From assembly GCA_963665325.3 (NCBI GenBank), contig CAXXWS020000003.1, positions 1,040,051-1,104,050 on the forward strand: a stretch of 64,000 nt of DNA, written 5' to 3'. The notes beneath the pieces were generated by a model. It did not search any database, was not told the DNA's origin, and was given only the letters and a program-made list of their open reading frames with translations. Below, one piece after another: positions 41,514-51,858 of the stretch. The position numbers and the translations under genes were made by a program. The DNA comes from Alphaproteobacteria bacterium. GTDB taxonomy: Bacteria; Pseudomonadota; Alphaproteobacteria; Bin95. Numbering within the stretch: the first letter of the stretch is position 1; every line of letters starts with the position of its first letter.

Positions 41514-42416
41514 TCAATCGTCCGCCGCAGCCGCGGGCATGCTGCCGGCTGCGGCCCGATACCAGTCAAGGATGTCGCTCCCGGTCCAGAGAACGGCGCT
41601 CCCGGTGCCCGAGACAGCGTCCAGCACTTTCTCGAAATACTTGATGCGGAACGGCGTGCCCGAAATGTAGGGATGCACCGCAATCGCCATTATACGCGCG
41701 CCCCGCTCCCCCTCCCGGTCCAGGCGCTCGAAGGCGTCCATGCACCGGTCGTAGAACTCCGCTGCCTTGTGGTGCTGGACGAGCATCATCGGGATGTCGT
41801 TCAGCTCCACCGTATAGGGGATGGATGTGAGGTTGCCGTGCTCGGTCCGGATGTCGAATGGCTGGTCGTCCATCGGGAAGTCGGCGACATATTCGATGCC
41901 GGCTTCGGCGAGGTAATCAGGGGTTTCGAAGGTCTCGGTCAGGCCGGGACCCATCCAGCCACGGGGCGGGCGGCCCGTGAACTCCCGGATCGTCTCGATT
42001 GTCTGCCGGATGTCCTCGCGCTGGTCCTCTATCAGGTGGGTCGGGCGCTGCCGGTAGGCGTGGCCGAGAAACTCCCAGCCTGCATCGCGCGCGGCGCCGG
42101 CAATGCGGGGATACTGGACGCAGACCGAGCCGTTCACCGACATGGTGACCGGGATGCCGCGCGAGACGAGCGCCTCGTGGAACCGCCAGAACCCGACCCG
42201 CATGCCGTATTCCTGCCACGACCAGTTCGGAATGTCGGGGATGTGGACCTGATGCCCCGGCGGCGGAAGCACCGTGCGCGGCATGGGCTTCTCGATGTCC
42301 CAGTTCTCGATGTTCACGATAACCCAGACCGCCACTCGCTTGCCGTCGGGGAGCGCGAGCGGCTCGCGGTCAACCATGGCCGAGTAGTCGATGCGCTCAC
42401 GCGGCTTCATCGCCAT
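41514..42416 (-). CDS. Polysaccharide-deacetylase-fold hydrolase (PuuE allantoinase-like)
   Basis: EYGMRVGFWR, GWMGPGLTET, PYTVELND, AVHPYISG. Confidence 0.85.
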   Translation of the reverse strand: MAMKPRERIDYSAMVDREPLALPDGKRVAVWVIVNIENWDIEKPMPRTVLPPPGHQVHIPDIPNWSWQEYGMRVGFWRFHEALVSRGIPVTMSVNGSVCVQYPRIAGAARDAGWEFLGHAYRQRPTHLIEDQREDIRQTIETIREFTGRPPRGWMGPGLTETFETPDYLAEAGIEYVADFPMDDQPFDIRTEHGNLTSIPYTVELNDIPMMLVQHHKAAEFYDRCMDAFERLDREGERGARIMAIAVHPYISGTPFRIKYFEKVLDAVSGTGSAVLWTGSDILDWYRAAAGSMPAAAADD

Positions 42417-42544
42417 GGGGACAGACCTCCACAAGGGTCGCCGCCGGCTCGGACCGTTGGCGGGCGCCGGCTGCGAGGTCCCGGATCGACGATAGGCAGG
42501 CCGTTCCGGGCTGTCAACGAAGGGAGCACGCCGGGCGGAACGAC

Positions 42545-43639
42545 TCACCCATTGCCGATGGCCGCGTTGATCGCTGGCATGACCTTCTCCGCCATCAACT
42601 CCATCGACCGGATGCCGAGCGCCTTGTCCTCCCAGTCCTTGCCGGCATAGAGCAGCGTCCCGAAGTCGCCCGTTACCTCGCGGAAGGCGAGCAACTGGTC
42701 CACCACGCTGGCGACGTCGCCCGCGATGACGAGGCTGTCCACCACATAGTCGAGGGTCAGCTTCTCGTCCGGGAAATCGGGCGCGGGCTTGAACGCGGCG
42801 TGGCGGTTGGCCTTCCTGAGCTTGGTGAAGAGCTGCTTGTAGTAAAATCGGTAGGGGCTGCGCTCGTTCTCCTTGCCGTAGTCGAGCGCGGTCCGGCGGT
42901 CGTCATGGACGAAGATCGACCGCGCGACGCGCCAGTTGCCGGGATCGGCCGTGCGGCCCGCCTCCTCGCATCCCTGCACATAGTTCGCCCAGTGGGTGGG
43001 GACCCATTTCGGCTGCAGGAAGTTCGCCGAGATCGGGAAGAAGCCCCTTCGGCCGATCTCGACCGCGCTCTTCGAGTGCGGCGAGACGACGGTGGCCAGG
43101 ATGGGCGGGTGCGGCTTCTGGTAGGGCTTGGCGATGGGGCCGACCCCGATCTCCGGGAAGAGCGTCTCGCGGGTCGTGATGTTCCAGTGCTTGCCTTCGA
43201 GGTCGTAGGGCGGCTCACCCTGCCAGATGTTCAGGATGTGGCCGATGGACTCCAGGAACATCTCGCCCCGGTCCAAGCCGCGTATGCCGAGCGCCTCTGC
43301 GTCGGACTCGAGCGCGCCCGGGCTGATGCCGAGCAGGAACCGCCCCTTGAGCAGGTGGTCCAGCATGGCCGCCTGGGCGGCGATGAGCACGGGATGGCTG
43401 TGGGAGAGGTTGGCGGTGCCGGTCCCGAGCTTGATCTGTTTCGTGTCGGAAACCAGGCTCGCCTGGAACAGCATCGAATTAGTGATGCTCTCGGCCGCGT
43501 CGGTGACGTGCTCGCCGACATAAGCCTCGGAGTAGCCGAGCCGGTCGGCGAGGATAACCGCCTCGCGGTCCTCCTCCAGGACCTCGGTATAATTCCGGTC
43601 CAGCCGGTGGATCGGCATGGTGAAGAAGCCGAGCTTCAA
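42545..43639 (-). CDS. LLM-class (luciferase-like) flavin-dependent oxidoreductase
   Basis: KLGFFTMPIH, AYVGEH, LGTGT, PYQKPHPP; TTG start with GGAG. Confidence 0.88.
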   Translation of the reverse strand: MKLGFFTMPIHRLDRNYTEVLEEDREAVILADRLGYSEAYVGEHVTDAAESITNSMLFQASLVSDTKQIKLGTGTANLSHSHPVLIAAQAAMLDHLLKGRFLLGISPGALESDAEALGIRGLDRGEMFLESIGHILNIWQGEPPYDLEGKHWNITTRETLFPEIGVGPIAKPYQKPHPPILATVVSPHSKSAVEIGRRGFFPISANFLQPKWVPTHWANYVQGCEEAGRTADPGNWRVARSIFVHDDRRTALDYGKENERSPYRFYYKQLFTKLRKANRHAAFKPAPDFPDEKLTLDYVVDSLVIAGDVASVVDQLLAFREVTGDFGTLLYAGKDWEDKALGIRSMELMAEKVMPAINAAIGNG

Positions 43640-43676
43640 GGGCGGAACTCCGGGTTTCGGGGCGCTGGCACCCAGC

Positions 43677-44408
43677 TCAGGCTCCGAGATAGTACTGCTT
43701 GACCATCTCGTTCTCCGCCAGCGCAGCGGCCGAGGGGGCGGCGAACGCGATGTCGCCATGCACGATGATGTATCCGCGGTCGGCGATCTTGATTGCCTGG
43801 TTGAAATTCTGCTCGGCCATCAGCACCGTCAGGTTCCGCTGCTCCTTCAACTCCCTGATCTTCGCGATCACGCGGCTCACAAGAATCGGCGCGAGCCCGA
43901 CCGACGGCTCGTCCACGAGCAGGATGCGGGGCTCGGACATGAGCGCGCGGGCAATCGCAAGCATCTGCTGTTCGCCCCCGGACATCGAGCCCGCGAGCTG
44001 CCGGCGGCGCTCGGCGAGCACCGGGAACGCCTCGAAGCAGAACGCGAGATTGGCGCCGATCTGCCGCCTGGCCGACTCACGGTAGGCCCCGAGCATCAGG
44101 TTCTCCTCCACCGTCAGGCGGGGAAAGAGGCGCCGGCCTTCCGGGACGAGGGAGATCCCGAGTTCCACTACTTCCTGAGGCGTCTTGCCGACGAGTTCGA
44201 TCCGCTCGCCGTCGTCGGTTTCGAGCGCGATGGAGCCGGCGGTGGGCTCGACGATTCCCATGATGCAGTGGATGAGCGTTGATTTGCCGTTGCCGTTGGT
44301 GCCGAGAAGCGCGACCGTCTCACCCGGCTCGACGGAGATCGAGACGCCGTGGAGGACGCGCACCGAGCCGTAACCGGCCTCCACATCGCTTACGACAATC
44401 CTACTCAC
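43677..44408 (-). CDS. livF: Branched-chain-type ABC ATP-binding protein
   Basis: GTNGNGKS, MSGGEQQM, DEPSVGLAP. Confidence 0.88.
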   Translation of the reverse strand: MSRIVVSDVEAGYGSVRVLHGVSISVEPGETVALLGTNGNGKSTLIHCIMGIVEPTAGSIALETDDGERIELVGKTPQEVVELGISLVPEGRRLFPRLTVEENLMLGAYRESARRQIGANLAFCFEAFPVLAERRRQLAGSMSGGEQQMLAIARALMSEPRILLVDEPSVGLAPILVSRVIAKIRELKEQRNLTVLMAEQNFNQAIKIADRGYIIVHGDIAFAAPSAAALAENEMVKQYYLGA

Positions 44409-45138
44409 CGAGATATGCCCTCTCGACCTCGGGGTCGTTGACGATGTCGTCCGGCGCGCCCTCAGCGATTTTCCGGCCTGCGTCGAGCACGACGATCCGT
44501 TCCGAGAAGCGCATCACGGCCCGCATGATGTGCTCGATCATGATGATCGTGATGCCTTCCTCGTTCAGCCGGAACAGGATTTCGAGGATGTCATCGACCT
44601 CAGAGGAGGAAAGGCCGGCCATCGCCTCGTCCGAGATCAGCAGTTCCGGCTCCGTCGCCATCGCCCGCGCGAGTTCGAGCTTGCGCATGTCGATCTGGGT
44701 CAGCTTCCCCGAGTTTTCGCCGGCGCGGTCCGCCAGGCCGATCGTCTCGAGGATGGACATGCCGCGCTCGGAAATCTCTGCGGGACCGGTATGCGTGGCG
44801 TATTCGAGGGGGATGACCAGGTTCTCCAGCACCGTCATCGACCGGAACGGCTTCGGGATCTGGAACGACCGGGCGATCCCGAGCCGGGTTCGCTCATGCG
44901 GCTTGCGGCCGTCCAGCTTCCCGCCCTTGAAGAAGATTTCGCCGCCGTCGTTCGCGAGCGTCCCGGAGATGCAATTGATCATGGTCGTCTTGCCCGAGCC
45001 GTTCGGGCCGATCATTCCGAATCGTTCCCCGGTCCGCACGCCGAGGCTCACCTCGTCGAGCGCGGTGAAGCCGCCGAACCGCTTGGTAACCGCGCGCGCA
45101 TCGAGGAGCACGCCGCGCGCCGCGCCGTCATCCGTCAT
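44401..45138 (-). CDS. livG: Branched-chain-type ABC ATP-binding protein
   Basis: GPNGSGKT, IARSFQ, IEHIM, AYLG. Confidence 0.88.
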   Translation of the reverse strand: MTDDGAARGVLLDARAVTKRFGGFTALDEVSLGVRTGERFGMIGPNGSGKTTMINCISGTLANDGGEIFFKGGKLDGRKPHERTRLGIARSFQIPKPFRSMTVLENLVIPLEYATHTGPAEISERGMSILETIGLADRAGENSGKLTQIDMRKLELARAMATEPELLISDEAMAGLSSSEVDDILEILFRLNEEGITIIMIEHIMRAVMRFSERIVVLDAGRKIAEGAPDDIVNDPEVERAYLGE

Positions 45139-46087
45139 CGCCGGCCCTCCTCCGCCATTTCTTGACCAGCCCGACGATTCCCTCCGGCGCCGCGATCACG
45201 AAAAACACGAGCAGCACGCCGACGATGAGCAGGTTGAGCTCCGAGGAGATCGTCACCGTCGCGACCTGCTGCACCGTGCCGAGCAGCAGCGCGCCGATGA
45301 GGGGCCCGACCCAGGTGGTCGCCCCGCCGATCATCGGCATCGCGATGGAGTTGACGGCATAGACGAGGTTGAACGCCGACGACGGCTCGACGAACCCGAC
45401 ATAGAGCACGAAAGGCGCCCCGGCGACGCCCATGAGGAAGCCGGAGACCGTGGTCGCCACGAGCTTCAGCTTCAGCGTCGGCACGCCGGCGCACTCGGCC
45501 GCCTCCTCGTCGTCGCGGATCGCGGCGATGCCGCGCCCGGCCTTCGAGCGCTCGATCCAGCGCGCGGCCGCGACGGCGAAGATCGCAAGGAGGAGCATCA
45601 CGAAGAACAGGAACTCGATGTAATCGCCGAACGGGGCGATCTCCCGGTCCCGCAGGATGTAGGCCCCGGTCGCGCCGCCCACATAGTCCCAGTTGATGAC
45701 GAGGGTCTCCAGGACGATGGCGAGCGCGAGCGTCGCGATGGCGAAGAAGACGCCCCGCAGCCGCAGCGTGAGGTAGCCCATGGCGAGCCCGAGGAGCCCG
45801 CACACGATTCCCGATACCGGGATCATGAGGAGCAGGGGGGCCTTGAAGAGGTTGTAGAGCACGACGGAGGTGTAGGCGCCGACCGCGAAGAACCCGGCCG
45901 TGCCGAAGTTCACGTAGCCCATATACCCGCCCATGATGTTCCAGGCCGTGGCGAGCACCACATATTGCAGCACGACATAGCCCGCGAAATAGACGAAGGC
46001 GTTGACCGGTACGATGTCGAAGATCGTGAGCGCGGCGCCGAGAAGCGCGATGACCGCGGCCCAGAGCCAGAACGAGCCGAGTTTCAT
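45128..46087 (-). CDS. livM: Branched-chain-type ABC permease
   Basis: WNIMGGYMGYVNFG, LRLRGVFFAIATLA, AIRDDE. Confidence 0.87.
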   Translation of the reverse strand: MKLGSFWLWAAVIALLGAALTIFDIVPVNAFVYFAGYVVLQYVVLATAWNIMGGYMGYVNFGTAGFFAVGAYTSVVLYNLFKAPLLLMIPVSGIVCGLLGLAMGYLTLRLRGVFFAIATLALAIVLETLVINWDYVGGATGAYILRDREIAPFGDYIEFLFFVMLLLAIFAVAAARWIERSKAGRGIAAIRDDEEAAECAGVPTLKLKLVATTVSGFLMGVAGAPFVLYVGFVEPSSAFNLVYAVNSIAMPMIGGATTWVGPLIGALLLGTVQQVATVTISSELNLLIVGVLLVFFVIAAPEGIVGLVKKWRRRAGDDG

Positions 46088-46102
46088 GGCGCGCGCTCCC
46101 GC

Positions 46103-46975
46103 CTACCGGCCGAAGAGGCCCTGCGGCCGGAAGGCGAGCGCAAGGAGCAGGATGCCGAAGGCGACGGCGGGCGCCCATGACGGGCCGAAAAAGGTCGACA
46201 CGACGCTCTCCGCAACGCCGAGGACCAGCGCCGCGACGAGGGTGCCGGGGATCGAGCCGAGCCCGGCGAGCACGGCAATCGCGAACACCTGGCCGATATA
46301 GAGCCGCCCGACGGACGGCTCGATGGGAATGATGATGATGAGAAGGGCGCCCGCGATCGCCGTCGTCCCGATGCCGATGCCGAAGCCGAGCTGCTTGATC
46401 CTGACCGGATCCGCCGCCATGAGCTGGAGGGCGAGGCGGTCCTGCGCGACGGCCATGATCGCCCGGCCGTTGAACGTGCGCGACATATAGAGATAGACCG
46501 CGCCGAACATGGCGAGCGACACGCAGAAGGGAACCAGCATGCGGGTCGGCACCCCGATCCCGCCGATCTTCCAGTTCTGCCCGATATAGGGGGCCTGCAC
46601 GGAGCGGAAATCGACCCCGTAGGCCATGATGAGGCCGACCTCGATGATGAACATGACGCCGAAGAAGAAGGCGAGGCCGCGCAGCGCCTCGGCGTCCTTG
46701 CGCTCGAAGCTCTCATAGTAGATCCGGTAGACCCCGACCCCGACGAAGAAGAACACCGGCGCGAAGACGAGCCCCACCAGGATCGGGTCGAACCCCCACA
46801 TGCTGTTGCACATATAGGCGATGTAGGAGCCCAGGATGACGAATGCCGGATGGGCGATGTTCACGATGTTGAGCTGTCCGAACGCCACGGTGAGGCCGAG
46901 GCTCACCGCGGCGTAGAAGCCGCCGAGAAGGACCCCGGCGACGAGCGCGTTCAGGAGAAGCTCAATTGAGAACAC
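46103..46975 (-). CDS. livH: Branched-chain-type ABC permease
   Basis: SLGLTVAFG...NIAH, GRAIMAVAQD, RPQGLFG. Confidence 0.87.
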   Translation of the reverse strand: MFSIELLLNALVAGVLLGGFYAAVSLGLTVAFGQLNIVNIAHPAFVILGSYIAYMCNSMWGFDPILVGLVFAPVFFFVGVGVYRIYYESFERKDAEALRGLAFFFGVMFIIEVGLIMAYGVDFRSVQAPYIGQNWKIGGIGVPTRMLVPFCVSLAMFGAVYLYMSRTFNGRAIMAVAQDRLALQLMAADPVRIKQLGFGIGIGTTAIAGALLIIIIPIEPSVGRLYIGQVFAIAVLAGLGSIPGTLVAALVLGVAESVVSTFFGPSWAPAVAFGILLLALAFRPQGLFGR

Positions 46976-47075
46976 CGGCGGATTCGGTCCTTGAATGCTG
47001 CGCGCGAGGCCTCACCCCGCGCGGCGCGGAATGAGGCCTCGTTCTCGGAATGCGGGCAGGCGCCCGGCCGCGGGC

Positions 47076-48350
47076 CTACTCGGCGTAAGGAACGTTGATG
47101 TCTCCCGATTTCCACTCCGCCGGATACAGCACGACGCGCGTTCCCTGCTTCGTGAAGGTCGCAAGCTCGGTGTCCTCGATGCCCTGATACTGGACCATAA
47201 GCACGCGCGTCTTCGCCCACTCGCCGTTCGGCGCGAAGCTCACCTTGCCCACCACCGTGTTGAACTCGTTGCCGCGGATGTATTCGCCGATCGCGGCGTG
47301 GTCCATGCCGTTTGTGGCCGTGATCGCCTGCCCCAACACCTGGAGATACGCATAAGCGTAGGGCTGGAGGTAGTAACCCAGCGGATCGACGCCCTTGCCC
47401 ACCGCCGCTGCCTGGTACTTCTCGAGGAACGCCTCGACACCCTCGAATTTGAGGGTCGGCTCAGGCACCCAGAAGTCGTAGTTGACGATGCCGTTCAGCT
47501 TCGGCCCGAGCGCGGTCATGATCGAGGCGAACTGGAGCCCGACCATGCCGCCTCCGAACATCCTCGCCTTGAGGCCGACCTCCGTGGCCGCCTTCACCAT
47601 CCCCACCGAGTCGGGCGGATAGGATGCGACGAACACGATGTCCGGAGTGCGGGCCTGGATCGCGTTGACGATGGGCGTGTAGTCCGCCGTCCTGGGCGGA
47701 TAGGACTCGTCATAGACGATCTCGAGCCCGTATTCCTCCGCGTTGACCCGGGCACCAACCACCGCATTGCGGGCGAACTCCGCATCCGCGCCGACGAGCG
47801 CGATGGTCTTCGGCGGCGGATCCTGCGCCGTGGCGAGTTCGAAGAAGCCGCGGGACCAGTCCGTCATCGGCTTCGGGCCTGCCGGCATGATCTGGAAATA
47901 GTTGGGATAGTTGAACTTTTCGTTGACCGCGAGGCCGAACAGGGCCGGAAAGACGAGGCCCCGCTGCATCACGATCGGCATCGCAGGCGCAATCAGGTTC
48001 GTGCCGTAGCCCGAGACCACGAAGTCCACCTTGTCGACGTCGAGCAGCTTGGTGTAGATGGCCGGCACGGTTGCGGGGTTGGTCTGGTCGTCGTAGTAGA
48101 CGAGCTCGACCTGCTTGCCGAGGAGGCCGCCCGCGGCGTTGACGTCCTCCGCCCACACCTGCATCGCGATGAGCGCTCCCTTGCCGGCGCCGGCAAGGCC
48201 GCCGGTCAGCGCCATGCTGAACCCGATCTTGATGGTGTCGTTCGCGTAGGCAAGCGAGGCAAACGCCATCGAGGCCGACATCGCAACCGCCGCAAGCGAC
48301 CTGCCAAGCAACTTTCCGGTCTTCTTTTTGTCGGATGTTTTCGTGAACAT
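47076..48350 (-). CDS. LivK-type ABC substrate-binding protein
   Basis: IKIGFSMALTG, NAAGGLLGKQVELVYYDD, YPPD. Confidence 0.88.
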   Translation of the reverse strand: MFTKTSDKKKTGKLLGRSLAAVAMSASMAFASLAYANDTIKIGFSMALTGGLAGAGKGALIAMQVWAEDVNAAGGLLGKQVELVYYDDQTNPATVPAIYTKLLDVDKVDFVVSGYGTNLIAPAMPIVMQRGLVFPALFGLAVNEKFNYPNYFQIMPAGPKPMTDWSRGFFELATAQDPPPKTIALVGADAEFARNAVVGARVNAEEYGLEIVYDESYPPRTADYTPIVNAIQARTPDIVFVASYPPDSVGMVKAATEVGLKARMFGGGMVGLQFASIMTALGPKLNGIVNYDFWVPEPTLKFEGVEAFLEKYQAAAVGKGVDPLGYYLQPYAYAYLQVLGQAITATNGMDHAAIGEYIRGNEFNTVVGKVSFAPNGEWAKTRVLMVQYQGIEDTELATFTKQGTRVVLYPAEWKSGDINVPYAE

Positions 48351-48434
48351 TGAACTGCGCCTCCCTGACTGCGGACAAACCGCCGCTTCAGGCTATCGGA
48401 AGGACCGAAAAGGGTCAAAGGGAGTCCACGGTCT

Positions 48435-48620
48435 TCACTTGGCCGGTTGCCGCCCCCGGCCGCAAAGGCGCCGGGTTGCATCGGCATCGACGGTAATCGC
48501 CGCCCTGTCGATGACGACGCCGTATTCCTCCCTGGCGCTTGCGACCGGCAGATAGCCCTGCTCGACGTCGGCGATCACCCGTTCGGGCTCGCGCTCGAAG
48601 GGGTCGCAAGATACGCCGCC
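48435..48620 (-). pseudogene. C-terminal remnant of a hydantoinase B/oxoprolinase-family gene
   Basis: Manual translation GGVSCDPFEREPERVIADVEQGYLPVASAREEYGVVIDRAAITVDADATRRL resembles the family C-terminus (GGGxGDPxERxPExVxxDV...YGVV); no upstream portion. Confidence 0.65.
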
Positions 48621-48667
48621 AGCCGGCCGGCTTGGCGGGGAAGCCGTCAGTGCACTAACATCCGAAC

Positions 48668-49393
48668 ATGCTCGCCATTCGCAGCCTTGTCGTCGCGTTC
48701 GCCGTCTTCCTGATGCTGGCGGCGACCGCCGTTCCCCCCCGGGCGGAGGTCACTGACCGCGCCGCCGCCCGGGCGTTCCTGACCCTGCTCGCCGGGGAGG
48801 CGGGCGACAAGGCGCGCGCCGTGGACCTGATCGAGGCGCAATGGGAGCCGTCATTTCTGCCGATGGCTCTGGAGGCGATCCGCCTGACCCGCAGCGCGGA
48901 GGTCTCCGCCGCCCTGATGGGAATCATGGAACGGGAGACCGGCGCCAGGCACGGCGACGACCTGGCCGCCTGGCAACGCGAGATGTGGAATGCACCCGAG
49001 GCGCGGCACCCGCGCTATGCCGCCTTCAAGAGCGCGCTCTACAGCCTCATCGATCCGCGATTCTCGGCGTATTTCGACGCGCCCGGCAACACGCTCATCC
49101 GCCTCGACGAGATCGTCTGGGGCGGCGTGCGGCAGGATGGCATTCCGCCGCTTCGCAACCCGGCGATGCTGACCGCGGAAGACGCCGGCTATCTGGAGGA
49201 CGACCACATTGTGTTCGGCCTCTCCGTCAACGGCGATGCCCGCGCCTATCCGAAGCGCATCCTCGCCTGGCACGAGATGTTCGTCGACACGGTCGGCGGC
49301 GTGCCGGTCGCCGGGGTGTACTGCACGCTCTGCGGTACCGTGATCCTCTATTACACCGAGCACGCACCTGGCGGTGCTAACTATTTGATTTAG
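48668..49393 (+). pseudogene. DUF3179-family exported protein, 3'-truncated by island insertion near 49365
   Basis: IVWGGVRQDGIPPLRNP, ARAYPKRILAWHEMFVD, YCTLCG; then an abrupt switch to AT-rich sequence and a stop. Confidence 0.75.
49378..49390 (-). promoter_or_regulatory. IHF-binding consensus at the left end of the island
   Basis: Reverse complement AATCAAATAGTTA matches WATCAANNNNTTR exactly. Confidence 0.6.
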
Positions 49394-49481
49394 CGTCGTT
49401 TTTTCTCCCGAAAATTTGCAACTGGGGAGTTGAGGTGCAATCCCTTTGTTCCCCGGCTGCAACCGGTACCGGGAGAGCGAT

Positions 49482-50606
49482 ATGCCCAGGACTACCCTTA
49501 CCGCGGCCCGCATCGAGCGGCTCAGGCCCCGCAAGTCATCCTACGATGTCCGGGACGCCAAACTCAGGGGCTTCGGCGTCCGGGTGATGCCCACCGGCAG
49601 GAAGCGGTTTTTCATCCAATGCCAGCATCGCGGTGAGCGCGTCTGGAAGATCGTCGGCGATGACGGCACCATGAGCGTCGACGAGGCGCGGGTTTCGGCC
49701 GTCCGGATACTTGCTGCAATCCGACGAGGCGAGGAAGCCCCGCACCGTCCCGACGAGACGCTTTTCGAGGCCGTCGCCGAGACCGTGTTCGAGCGCCATG
49801 CGCGGCTCTGGAAGGCCAGGACGCTCAATGTGAACCGAAGCTATCTTCGCTGCCAGATCCTGCCGCATTTCGCGGGGCGGCAGATTGCCGATATCGACCG
49901 GCAGGAGGTGAGGAACTGGTTCGCCTCGCTTCGCGCTACGCCGGTGGCGGCGGACCGGTCCATGCCGGTACTGTCCGTCATCATGAGGGAAGCGGAGACG
50001 ATGGGCCTGCGCCCGGAGGGCTCCAATCCCTGCAGAGGCGTCCGGCGCTACCGCCGCAAGGGTCGCGAGCGGTTCGTCTCCGACGAGGAAATCCGCAGCC
50101 TGTCCGCGAGGCTCAGGGCGCATGAAGCACGACGACCGCAGCAGGTCGCGGTCATCCGGCTTCTGCTCCTGACCGGCTGCCGCAAAAGCGAAATCCTCAC
50201 CTTGCAGTGGACGGACTACCGGGAAGGCCATCTGTTCCTCCGCGACGGCAAGACGGGCCCGAGAACCGTGTGGCTTTCGGAACCCGCCCGGAACATTCTC
50301 GACCACCTCACCCGCCGGAACCGCTGGATTTTTCCCGGGGCGCACCAGGACTGCCCGCGCAGCACAAGTTGGCTGAGCCTTTTCTGGAACGGGGTTCGCG
50401 CGGAAGCCGGGCTAGACGATTTGCGCCTTCACGATTTGCGTCACGCGCATGCGAGCCTGGCGCTCAGACGGGGCGAGAACATCGTCGCCATCGGCAGGCT
50501 GCTGGGCCACCGCAGGGCGGAGACGACTCTGAAATACACGCATGCCGCCGACGCCATGATGCACGACGCCGCCGAGTTGGTCGGCACAGTGCTTGGAGGA
50601 GGCTGA
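49482..50606 (+). CDS. Tyrosine recombinase/integrase 1 with N-terminal arm-binding domain
   Basis: GFGVRV arm domain; LLTGCRKSE, DGKTG, HDLRH, LLGH, TTLKY catalytic set intact. Confidence 0.93.
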   Translation: MPRTTLTAARIERLRPRKSSYDVRDAKLRGFGVRVMPTGRKRFFIQCQHRGERVWKIVGDDGTMSVDEARVSAVRILAAIRRGEEAPHRPDETLFEAVAETVFERHARLWKARTLNVNRSYLRCQILPHFAGRQIADIDRQEVRNWFASLRATPVAADRSMPVLSVIMREAETMGLRPEGSNPCRGVRRYRRKGRERFVSDEEIRSLSARLRAHEARRPQQVAVIRLLLLTGCRKSEILTLQWTDYREGHLFLRDGKTGPRTVWLSEPARNILDHLTRRNRWIFPGAHQDCPRSTSWLSLFWNGVRAEAGLDDLRLHDLRHAHASLALRRGENIVAIGRLLGHRRAETTLKYTHAADAMMHDAAELVGTVLGGG

Positions 50607-50609
50607 GGC

Positions 50610-51776
50610 ATGGCAGCAGGGGAACGCATGAAACTGACCGACGCCGATATCGCCCGTCTCCGTCCCCGCGAGCGGGAATACACCGTCTGGGACAGCCGCG
50701 CTGCCGGCCTCGGGGTCAGGGTCCGGCCCACCGGCGGGCGGAGCTGGGTCCTGCTGCTCGACGCCGGCGGGCGCACGAGGCGCGTCTCTCTCGGTCCGGT
50801 CTCGACAAAAAGTGTTGCCGATGCCCGCCGGGAGGCTTTCAGGCGGCAGGCCGACCCGAAGCCGGAGAAGACAGTCGGGAAGGCAGGTGCGGTACCATTG
50901 TTCCGGGATTTCGTCGCGGGCCCGTGGAAACAGGCCCACTTCGCCCGCTACAAGCCGTCGGGCCAGGACACCGCATCCGTGTTCTTGAGACGCCAGCTTC
51001 TTCCTGCATTCGGGGCGAAGCCGCTCGACCGCATTACCCCGGCCCATGTCAGGCAATGGTTCGACCGATACAGCCGAACCGCGCCGGGCGGCGCCAACCG
51101 CGCCTTCGATATTCTCCGCCAGATCATGAATTTCGCCGTCGCCTGCGGCTATAGGGAAACCAACCCGACCGGGGGCATCGCAAGAAATCGCCGCCCGAGG
51201 CTGACACGGTTCCTGTCCCGCGAGGAGATCGCGCGCCTGCACCGCGTCCTGGACGCTCAGACCCGCAAGGGCAGCAGGCAGCAGGCCGACATCGTCCGCC
51301 TTCTTCTGCTCACCGGATGCCGCAAGGGCGAGATCACAGGCCTGCGCTGGTCCGAGGTTCACGATGACATGCTGGCTCTTGCCGACAGCAAGACGGGTCC
51401 GAGGACAGTTCCGCTCAACAGCCAGGCAAGAACCGTTCTCGACCGGCAGCCGCACGGCGGAAGTCCTTTTGTGTTCCCCTCGCCGCTCGATCCCTCCCGC
51501 CCGCGCAGTCCCGAGCTGCCATTCTGGTATCGCGTCAGGCGGGAAGCCGGCATTGAGGATGTGCGCCTCCACGACCTGCGACATACCATGGCGAGCCATG
51601 CGGTGATGAACGGCGTGCCGGTGCCGGTCGTCTCGCGCCTGTTGGGCCATTCCAACGTGCAGATGACGCTGCGCTACGCCCATCTCGCCGATCGCGACAT
51701 CGCGGCCGCTGCTGAAAGGGTCGGCCAGACCATGAGCGCCCTGATGGAGATCGATGCGGCCAACTGCCAATCGTGA
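50610..51776 (+). CDS. Tyrosine recombinase/integrase 2 (paralog of integrase 1)
   Basis: WDSRAAGLGVRV; LLTGCRKGE, DSKTG, HDLRH, LLGH, MTLRY. Confidence 0.93.
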   Translation: MAAGERMKLTDADIARLRPREREYTVWDSRAAGLGVRVRPTGGRSWVLLLDAGGRTRRVSLGPVSTKSVADARREAFRRQADPKPEKTVGKAGAVPLFRDFVAGPWKQAHFARYKPSGQDTASVFLRRQLLPAFGAKPLDRITPAHVRQWFDRYSRTAPGGANRAFDILRQIMNFAVACGYRETNPTGGIARNRRPRLTRFLSREEIARLHRVLDAQTRKGSRQQADIVRLLLLTGCRKGEITGLRWSEVHDDMLALADSKTGPRTVPLNSQARTVLDRQPHGGSPFVFPSPLDPSRPRSPELPFWYRVRREAGIEDVRLHDLRHTMASHAVMNGVPVPVVSRLLGHSNVQMTLRYAHLADRDIAAAAERVGQTMSALMEIDAANCQS

Positions 51777-51818
51777 GCAGCACCAGCTGCAAGTTTCGAC
51801 TGCATGTCCAAAGCAGGT

Positions 51819-51858
51819 GTCGCCTCTGCCACCCTGAAATAGTGGTGGCAGAGGCGAC
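51819..51858. repeat. Perfect 15-bp inverted repeat with 10-nt AT-rich spacer downstream of the integrases
   Basis: gtcgcctctgccacc-ctgaaatagt-ggtggcagaggcgac. Confidence 0.8.
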
